Origin: Ptychomitrium polyphyllum
Lineage: Eukaryota
Assembly: GCA_973851085.1 (NCBI GenBank)
Contig: OZ316775.1
Location: 19,840,001-19,904,000 of the forward strand
DNA: 64,000 bases
Direction of reading: 5' to 3'
Below are positions 54,801-64,000 of this stretch, one piece after another. The notes below the pieces were generated by a model that was not told where the DNA came from, did no database searches, and saw nothing but the letters and a program-made list of their open reading frames with translations. The translations under genes were made by a program, and so were the position numbers. Numbering within the stretch: position 1 is the stretch's first letter; every line of letters begins with the position of its first letter.

Positions 54801-56286
54801 TAATTGATAAATAAAAAATAATAATATAAAAACATATAAAAGATTTTGAAAAGATTTAATAAGGCTTCAATGACTAAGATTGAAAAAAATTATACAATAC
54901 TCGTGGAAATCTGAATAATAGTAAATACAATTTTTTTATAAAATTGTAATCATATTGAACATAATCCACTTGCAATAATCTTGTTATGAAAGCTTATATG
55001 CATTTTCCAATGGCAAGCCTAGCTATTATAATCAATTTTTCTATTTACAACAATTATTATTATAAAATTTTGATCCAAAGAATATTTATAAGTAAAATTT
55101 GAAATATAACATATAAAGAAACTAAAGATTATACTAAAATTCTGAACAAGTAATTTAAAAAAAAATAAAAATTCTTTGTTAAAATTTGGGCGTTTCATAT
55201 ACAATGTTTAATAAATTTTTTGTAAAAACGTCACATTAAATATGAAAATGTCATGAATGATGTTTACACAAACACTAATTAGGTTAACTTGAAAATTATT
55301 CTTTATAAAAAGGTTTGAAAATATATTAATATTTTCTTCATTAACAACAAGAAAATAATGTCATATTTAAATATGACGTTTTTATAAATAAAATATTTTT
55401 TTATACTTCATAATATATGCATTTGTAACACCATATTCATTATAATAGGATAAAACAACAATTCTAAAACCATAATGATAACCTATATAGATTAAGAAAT
55501 TTAGCTCAATTTAAATTGAATTGCATATTTCATTTGCCAAACCAATGGCTTTTAACTATTGTGGCTCATCTATTATAAAAAAACTTGTTATATAACTTCA
55601 AAAAGATGAATATCATCTTTTAAAAAGTTAACTCCTTTTAAATCTATTTCATTCCAAAGATTATTTTGGAACTTTGAAATTTTTCATGATAATGAATATG
55701 GTGTTTTGTGCCAATGTGAATAATAACAAAAAAACAAATACATTAACAATCATCAAATATGTCAAAGAATATCAAGGTCCAATCCACCTCTACAAAATTG
55801 CTTGTAAACTTTTTGTATGCTTTTAAAGATTTTGGCCTTGAAGAATTCTTACTAATACATTTTTATTAGCAATTAGATAAGTGGTTATATATACTACTAA
55901 ATTGTAGACAACAACACATATATGCACTAAAAAGATAAGACAGCCATTACATCTTTGATGTAATAGTATTTATTGCAAGTTTATATATAAAGTCAATTTT
56001 CAAAACTTTGATCCTCCTTAACTTGAGAACCACTTAATCTAAAAGTTTAAAACCTACCTTTATAAGCTTGTCTTGTCAAGTTCTATAAGCATACCAGGTT
56101 TTGTAACTTTATCTCTTATAATTCCTCAAAACTGATATGTACGATGTTACACTGTAAATTAATTCGGTATTTAAAATACAAATTGGACTCCTGTCATGGC
56201 TCGGTTCGGGATGCTGGGCTGGATTAAGGATTGGCGACGACCCTGAGAATAACGGTAATAACAGTATGCTGACGAGGACGAAGGCT

Positions 56287-56325
56287 GCTGACGGGGACGG
56301 TAAGCTGACGGGGACGGTAAGCTGA
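56287..56325 (+). repeat. 17-bp tandem repeat GCTGACGGGGACGGTAA, 2.3 copies
   Basis: Two exact copies plus GCTGA; a diverged copy lies just upstream at about 56268. Confidence 0.9.
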
Positions 56326-59056
56326 TTGGGAAGGAACCAGTATGAACAGGGGTGCGGAACCGAAGTTGACAACCGGCGAAGACGGGACGAGCGCAGGGGC
56401 GGACAGGCTGTCCGACGCACAGGGCGCGGGCCAGGTCTGCGACGAGTGGGAATTGGACTGAATACTGGGTGCAGGGTGAGAGACGGTGCGGGATAGGTGG
56501 TCGCGAGACGAAGAACTGGGTGGGGGGGAAGGTTGCTCCAGGGGATACTAGGGTTGGGAGGGGGTTGGGAGGGCTAGGGAGAATAGGGTTGGAATATAAA
56601 GGGTCAGTTTGGGGGGTTAGGGTCAGTTTTTTAGTTTTGAGTTTATGTTCGTGTTAGTAAGTGTGAATTGAAGTGGGTGTTTAGTTTGGGTAAAGGGGGA
56701 GAAAATTAGTGTGCATGGGTGTGTATAACATAGAGTTGGATCAATGTGAAAGAAGAATTTGGGTAAAAGTGTGATTTTGTGAGGAATGTTATTTTTTGGG
56801 TACTTTTTTCAAAATCTTATTATAATATTTGTGTTATACCATCTTGTCATTTGTTAAGCAACTAGTAGCAATTAGAAGCCTAGTGCTTTTGCAAGGCAAG
56901 ATTCTTTTATTACAACAATGAATAGACATGATCTTTTTTATACTATATATAAAAACATAAAACTAAAAGAAATTACATAGAAGGTCATAAACTTAAAAAA
57001 CTATTTATATAATATAGAAATCCTTTATTAATGAATGCTAAAAATCTAATATTAATAAGTGCTAAGAAATTTAATAAATAACATTCAAATAATGTCGACC
57101 AACTTACTTATTCTTTCTTTCACCAGGTCGAATAACCTTATTTCAAAATATCAAAATAACAAGGAGGCATGACGTTCGGTTGTGGTTTGAGGCCATGAAA
57201 CAAAATTTTCATTTGTGAAAAGGCCATGGATCATTAATGTATCATAGGCATGGTTGCCACAGCCCGAAAGCGCCAAATCGTGAAGAAATTAGTAAACTGC
57301 AGCCAGGATGTGGGACGCTTTGCCGGGAAATATATTTTATTACCAATACCGCCATTTGCCTCAGGTAGACCCAGCTTGTCGCCACCCTGGTCCCTGCATT
57401 CTTTTTCCTTCCCCGTCGGACCCGATCTCCCGGACTGCCTCACTCGCCACCAAATTTTCATGCAAATTTAGTCACGACCAGCAGCAACGAATTCCTCGCC
57501 ACCCCTCGCTTCTCCACAGTGCAGATACAGTGAGGGTGAGAGGGTTCCACTGGTCCGAAATTTGTGTTCACCGAGTTGCAGGTGATATCACGCGCTCTGA
57601 CACCCTCCACACATACGGTACAGTGAGTTACTAATCCACCACCTTTCCGACGCACACTCATTGGCGCCAGTCCCGGCCACTGAAGCAGGACGAGACGGCG
57701 CGGATGATGGATGACGGTCATCGGATCCCCGAAGGCATGTCCCTAAGCTCGGCTATAAAGAATGATACTCAAAAGCGACACTAAAGGCATTCTGTTATTG
57801 TAAACACTATCTATGCAGGAAACAGATTTCAGCATGAGGGAAAGCAAGCGGCAAGGCAAGGGAGCTCTCCAGTCAGGTGCAAGCATGTGGACCTGGAGGA
57901 CTCATTTTAGCCCATTTCCTCCACACAATTCACCATAGCATTTCCTCCATGCAATTCACCACAGCGATTTAAAGCTTCATGCATGACATCACCCGCATTC
58001 TATTATTATAACCACCAAAAGCTCTCTGTTCTTGACTAAAAATCTGAGCTACCCCAACCGAGTGCTTTGCGTGAACGATGGTCAGAAGTTAGTGACCCAA
58101 AAATGTCATTCTTTTCGGTTGTCATTTTCCAGCCCTCATCGCAGTTCTGTGCGTGTTGAGATCATGGGTGCAAAATTTTCCTCTCTGGTGTCAACTCATG
58201 GGCCTCTGAGAAGTTCAACCCTCTTCTGTGAACAATGAACAGTTCTGTGCGTGTTGACTGTGGGGATGAACCAGTCATGAGGAGGTGTAGGCGGGAGTTA
58301 CAGACCTAAATTCTAATTACAGTGCTCTTCATGTCCTTGCAGTTAATCAATACGTACCGGTTTCATGGAGGTGCGGTGAATGTTGGAACTTGTTGTACTA
58401 GCTCAGTCAACTCAGCTAGCTCTATTTGGATGACATTTGCCGCTACAGAGACTGTACAGTGCTATCCCTGTAGTTTACCGGATATTGTATAAGAGCTTCT
58501 AGAATGACTGCGGGCTGTCTTGGATCGACGTATCTCCGAGCATTTGCAAGTGTGCGGCTTGGTTTGCACTTTTGTAGTATTGCGCCGAGATGGAGGGTTG
58601 ACTTGCGAAGTTTCTGCGTTCAAGGCCACCATGGTGCAGGATTCCGAGCTCGTACCCTGCGAATCCAGAAGTTTTACTGCAAGGATCTAAAGACACTGCG
58701 GTGCATTAACGAGGGAGATCTGAATTGTTTTCTGACATATCGTAGTGATTCCTCCACTAGATCTAGCAGCGCAGGCATGCAGCTTGGTGTTAAGACATTG
58801 TTCTGTGAGTTGAGTCTTGTGTCTGCATTCCTGGCGTCGTCAGTTTATTCAAATCCGTCTTATGCAAGCGTCGGTGTTGTTGGTTGCTTGCATTCGATGG
58901 CGTCAGTGAGTGAGTGAATGTGCTTTGGATTTCACAGAAGCACCAATGTAACCACCGAGAGGACGTACTAAATCCATCAATCACATCAGTCCCGCACTTC
59001 TTCGCCCTGTAATTGCACGTAAAGAGGTGCACGTCTCTGGCGACGTGGTGATCACG

Positions 59057-61301
59057 ATGATGATGATGGAGGAGTTACCGAAGCAGCACAAGTTCCCATT
59101 CCGAAGCTCCCACGACGCAGGTCTCTTGGGCTGCTTCATGGTACCCCGGTTGAAACGTCAAGCGCCGAGCTCTCCGTCAACTTCCTCCACCTCCTCCAAG
59201 GAGAATTTCTTCTCCAGCGACGACCCCGATGTCCTGATGCAGAATTTCATCACCACATTGAACTCCGCGCTGACAGACGACGATTCCCCTCGCAAACTCC
59301 CCACCAAATGTGCCAGATCTCACTCGGGCAGCCGCTTGCCGCCAGACGCCACCAACGCGCCGTCCCCCAACCCCGACACCGAAGCCACAGAGGAGTCCTT
59401 CGTGTTCTCGCCCATCGCGCCCTCGAGTTTCCCTCTTGAGTCGCCCTCGTTCCGCACCCTCTCCGACCCACTCCTCAGCACGTTCTCGTACAACTGCGGT
59501 TCAGTGGAGACGCCGAGCATAACCCTCAGCACCAGATCATCAAGCTTGAAGTTTACCAGTTCAACATCGGGCAATGCAAAATATGGCGGGCGTCCCCACC
59601 CGCTACCGCCCCCTGCCTCACCTTTTCGAGCTTTTGAAGATTCTGTCAACCCTGTGTGGCTACCATTGTCAGCGCCATCTGAGCCTGTTTCAGAGTGCAA
59701 GCGATTGTCGACAAGCTTTGAGGCTCGCTCCATGTCCAGCGCGAGTCCATTTGTATCCACCAGCGGCGACGGAGGACTTGGACAGGGAATCATTACAAAT
59801 AAGTGCCCGAGCGAGGTTGGGTCATGGAGCATCCGACGCGGGAAGGTCACGCCCACGGGTGGGAGGCCTCTCCCACTGCCGGAAGTAGCGACTAAGCTCT
59901 TGCCGGGGCTTGAATGTTATGAGTTCGAAGATCTCGTACGCGGTACCCGAGGCTTCGCAGCCGAGTGTTGTATGGAAAAGGGTGGATTCGGTGCGGTATA
60001 CAGAGCGCGGGTGAAGAGTAGTATGATCGAGGCCAGCTTGGGAAGAGAATTGGCCGTCGTTCGCCTCGCCGTCGACGGGAATCAGGTACTAGCCAGGCTT
60101 CCGAAAGGTTTTTCTTTGGTCAGTTTTAGAGGTTAGATTTTGCAAGCACATTTTGAATTTAGATTTTCTCTTTATATCGAGCAATTGATGGATTCGGACC
60201 GTGTGATTTTGCATTTGCTTGGCAGGCTTTGAAAGATTGGAGAACAGATGTGCAAATGCTGTCGCAGTTGCCAGATTCCAATGTATGCGTGATCAAGGGC
60301 TATTGTGCGCACGAGGGCGACTGTAGCAAATCCTCGGAGCGTCTTCTTGTGTTCGAGCAGTCCCCGAACGGCAACCTTCATGACTACCTTTCTGGAAGCC
60401 GTTCCAAAATGCAGTTGGATTGGCCTGCGAGGATCAGTATAGTGCTCGGTGCGGCCCGTGGACTGTTATACCTTCACGACCGAGCGCCGTTTCAGATCGT
60501 ATACCGAGAATTTCAATCCTCAAGCGTGCTGTTGGATAAAGACTTCACCCCGAGGTTGGCTGGCTATGGTTTGGCCGTGACAAGCTCGCCTGCTGACAAG
60601 AGATCGTCCCTCACATCGGTACTAAAACCTCACGACCAATTCTCTCTTGCATTCTTTCACGGTGTACTCTGTTGCCTAGAATCTGTTGCCTAGTTCTTAT
60701 ATATCTTGTACAAACGATTCTCTGGTTTCAGGTGATGAAGAGAAGCCAAGCTCACGCGAAGAGCAACGTCTGGAGCTTCGGCATTGTGCTCGTAGAGCTT
60801 CTCACTGGCAAGTACAACCGAGACTCCACATTTCAGTGTGATGAGAAGAGTTTCGTGCAATGGGCAAAGCCATTCCTGAAAGAGTCCAAGCTGGTGCTCA
60901 TCCTGGACCCTCGCATGAAAGGAAAATGCTCTGTGAAGGGAGCTTTCAAACTTGCCGAATTAGCGCTGCGGTGTTTGAAGAAGAAGGAAGCTGACAGGCC
61001 CAGCATGGCCAGAGTGGTTGACGCTCTCAAATCTATCAAAGAGAATTTCGGTGGCAGGGTTGAGCTCATCTCGAAGCTACCACTTCAGCCAAGGATACCG
61101 TCGTTCGGAGGTGTTTTCTTCCGTGATTTTGATCCGAGGCCCAAAGTTGTGGATTGGAAGTTCTTGTCCATGGACTGTGGGTCGTCCATCTCGGTGTCTT
61201 CCGAAGACGACGATTCGAGGACTTCGATCTGCGCATTGCAGACCGGCAAGCTTTTTGAGGATTTTGAGACCGCCAGAGCCAACTCCCGTAGAGTTTCTTG
61301 A
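59057..61301 (+). CDS. Receptor-like cytoplasmic kinase (RLCK-VII/PBL-related), predicted pseudokinase, 3 exons, about 663 aa
   Basis: Exons 59057-60085, 60226-60618, 60732-61301 (GT-AG, phase 0). Ser/Pro-rich N-terminus with RPHPLPPP and RPLPLP; KGGFGAVYRA; ERLLVFE..PNGNLHDYL; LDWPARISIVLGAARGLLYLH; KSNVWSFGIVLVELLTG; RPSMARVV. The start could be any of four tandem ATGs. Confidence 0.9.
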
Positions 61302-62118
61302 TTATGAGTATCTGAAAATCATTGCCGCGGTTTTTGTACATATGGCTTCTACTTCTGAGCTTAGTGAATTGTACATTACAGATTGAGGTTCGTAGCGAAT
61401 CCTGGTTGACTCGTCAACTCTGTCGGTGTTTTTCAACATGAGAATTGAGAGTTGAATAAAACTAAGAGATGGTGTATTGCTACGCAATGAGAATTACTAA
61501 TTGGCGTCTCCTACATTTTGCCAAGTCCATTTAATCCTGTGCTGGCCAACCATGGTAAACAGATTCAAACTACTCTGTTAGCTTAGCTAGCTTAGCCATG
61601 TTTAGTTACTATTTTCATGACAACTTTGTACTAATATATTATAAGCCACAAGTTGAAAGTATGTTATAATCATTAATGATTATAACTTTTAGTCTAAAAA
61701 TTGATCCTTTAAAAATTGAGTTTTAAATTTTAATTGCACAAAATACTAAATTTTATTTAATGTCAGGACTCCTGTATTTGAGATTCATTAAAAGTTATTC
61801 AATTAAAGATTTTCAATATTTTATGAAAATTAGAAAAAAAAATTAATTTAAGTTTTAAAAGTGATTTAAAAAAATTAGCAATAGTAAAAATAAATCCAAT
61901 TGTACAAATGTCAAGGTTTAATTGCTGAAGAATAATTGTCCACATCAATTATCACATAATTCCGATTCCTTCATAAGGCAAAATACTCTCACCCTTTATA
62001 TATTATAGTGAAGATTACAAACTCTACAAACTCCACATTTATAACTCCATAAATTCCACAACACTTTTTTCATCATAAAACACAAAGTTCTTGAGTGTTT
62101 GTGCATTTGGCCACAATC

Positions 62119-62257
62119 CCTTTATATACTAGGCTTACAACCCCCTTACATACTAGGCTTGCAACCCCCTTATACACTAGGCTCAGAACCTCTTTGTACA
62201 CTAGGCTTCCAACCCCCTTATATATTAGGCTCACAAATCCTTTATATACTAGACTTA
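62119..62257. repeat. 24-bp minisatellite, about 6 diverged copies (consensus near CCCTTTATATACTAGGCTTACAAC)
   Basis: CTAGGCT core recurs every 24 nt; visible as the PLYTRL periodicity in ORF 62095-62346. Confidence 0.9.
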
Positions 62258-62639
62258 TAAAGACTTTTCTAATACTATTTCCATTATTCTATTATATTTC
62301 TAATAAAAAGTCAATCAAACTTATCTTAAGCTTTGTTACTAACTGAACTTTAGTTTCATTGCTTACCATAAATAAAAGCTTTTATTAATATAATCAATAC
62401 AAATATCTTCAAAACTACAAGTATTTTTGAAGTTACAAGTAAATCCAACTTAATATTGTTTTATTAGATAAACTTTGTCAACTCATCTATTCAAGTGGCC
62501 AAAATATGGTTTATTTATTTGGGTCCTTCAAGAGTTAAAAACTCCTCTATATTAGAGCTAACATACTCCTAGACTTAGTCTGAATTCCACCATTGGAATT
62601 AAAAAGATTGTGCATGAGTACTTCATGATTAACATAGAT

Positions 62640-63203
62640 CTTCTTTAATTTGTCATGGTTCATCATTTTTAGATAAGAAAAACCATCCAAATTCCTCAAT
62701 TTGTATGTGCCATTATCTTCAAATACCTTAATGATTTGATATGGACAAAATCATTTTGGCAAAAGTTTCTTGCGAGCTTGATTGTAATGCCTTGAATTAT
62801 AAACCATCACCAAATCTCCTTTATAGAAAACTCTAGCTTGTTTATGAATTCACTTATTTCAAGTTTTTTTCATTTTGGCTTGAACTATCTCAATACCTTG
62901 CAATGCTCGTAGTTGCAACTCATCAAGCTTGTTCAATTGGACCAACAGTTTCTTTTTAAAGCTATCAAAATCTATTTTCAACTGTGTTGTTGTTTGCAAG
63001 ATTATAATTTCAAATTCAATTGGTAATATTGCCTCCAATCTATAAGCCAATCTAAATGGTGAATGTCCAAGTGCACTCTTAAATGTGACATTGTAAATCC
63101 ACACTGCATGATGTATCTTCATATTCCAATCACAAAAGTTTGTTCTTGTTTTAGCCTTTTTTGCAAACATAGTACATAATGTCTTGTTGATTCTTTCAAT
63201 AGG
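62640..63203 (-). mobile_element. Degenerate integrase C-terminal half of a non-chromovirus Ty3/gypsy retrotransposon
   Basis: IERINKTL...DW..KIHHAVWIYNVTFKSALGHSPFRLAY.LEAILPIEFEI. After a stop and frameshift it continues GDLVMVYNSR...KKLLPK*FCPYQIIKVFEDNGTYKL (GPY/F module). Confidence 0.85.
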
Positions 63204-64000
63204 TGTCGCAACCCTTGTAATGCAGCTTAGCAAGCGTTACACGCGTCAATCCTGTGCACCTCCACATGCACATGATTAACCCCCATTCTCACTCTCCAAG
63301 TCTTTCTACCATTTCTCTTAGGACACCCAATTGATTGATAACCAATGGTTAGGTGCGGACTTCCATTCATATCCAAGGATATACTTGGTATTACTCCCAT
63401 TCCACACGGCCTAACCGCACTTAGTGGTGTCTCTTTACCACCACTCATGATTCCCATGTGATTCTAAGATCACCCCGGGCCATCATGGTGCCGACGTGAA
63501 GACATTACCCCAACTTATTGTAACAAGCGTGTCCTCTTGATCTCACTAGTTCCCTTTGTGAAACCGACCGTCCACCGGCTCACAATGGTGTGGGAGTCCC
63601 CATAGTGAAGTTCCAACACTAGCTCCACCAACCGGGACTCACCCTTGGTTCCTACCAAGACACTAGGGGAGTGGGGAGGGGGACTAACCCTCCCCTATAG
63701 TACTCTCTGTGGGATTTGGCAAGCCCCCTGGCCCTCTGTAGCTGGCTGAACCCCGACACACCTAAAGTTTTGGAAGACCACCCGATCTCCCTTGGGACTT
63801 AATCGCTGGAAGCCTCCGGGACTCCTAGCGGACCTTTAGGGAGCCATATCTTCCTCATCTGGTGCCCGAATGTATCAAGCGACCTCTCTATCGTCATTTA
63901 CTCTTTGCGTAGATGCCGATAGATTCCTCAAACGTCCGATTTGAGTTAGTATTGTGGGAGATACGCCTCTCTCAAGGTTTGGGACTTCCGGGGAGTCCTT
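63204..64000. mobile_element. Probable LTR of a second element inserted into the integrase (runs off the window)
   Basis: Integrase homology stops abruptly at 63203. The sequence then begins TGTCGCAACC, an LTR-like terminus, and becomes much more GC-rich. Confidence 0.6.

Noticed and set aside
57234..58917. ORFs upstream of the kinase, including the 137-aa ORF 58504-58917, and a 26-bp duplication near 57913-57965
   Set aside because: No homology signal; more consistent with promoter, 5' UTR or intron sequence.
62119..62257. Possible CRISPR-like array, or a repeat protein from ORF 62095-62346
   Set aside because: Head-to-tail monomers without unique spacers in a eukaryotic context; the peptide periodicity follows from the 24-bp unit.

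Overview
Eukaryotic nuclear DNA from a land plant, very probably a lineage with flagellated sperm (bryophyte, lycophyte, fern, cycad or Ginkgo); the organism cannot be narrowed further from sequence alone. The dominant feature is an apparently intact HYDIN gene (axonemal central-pair protein) on the minus strand, 51812 to 24451. I resolve 36 coding exons with consistent phases, about 5,010 aa. It carries an approximately 500-aa insert with three copies of a C-x-H-x-x-H-[RK]-K-S-x-S-x-L-T-G...W-x-R-x-S-F repeat that I do not recognise, which is the best candidate for something undescribed. Other genes are a 9-exon F-box/WD40 gene, an intronless ARM-repeat gene, a methylesterase pseudogene, and a 3-exon receptor-like cytoplasmic kinase with all catalytic motifs degenerate. 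Both ends hold LTR-retrotransposon remnants, including an apparent nested insertion into a Ty3/gypsy integrase. Splice sites and homologies were read by eye and compared with remembered family motifs; no database search was run.
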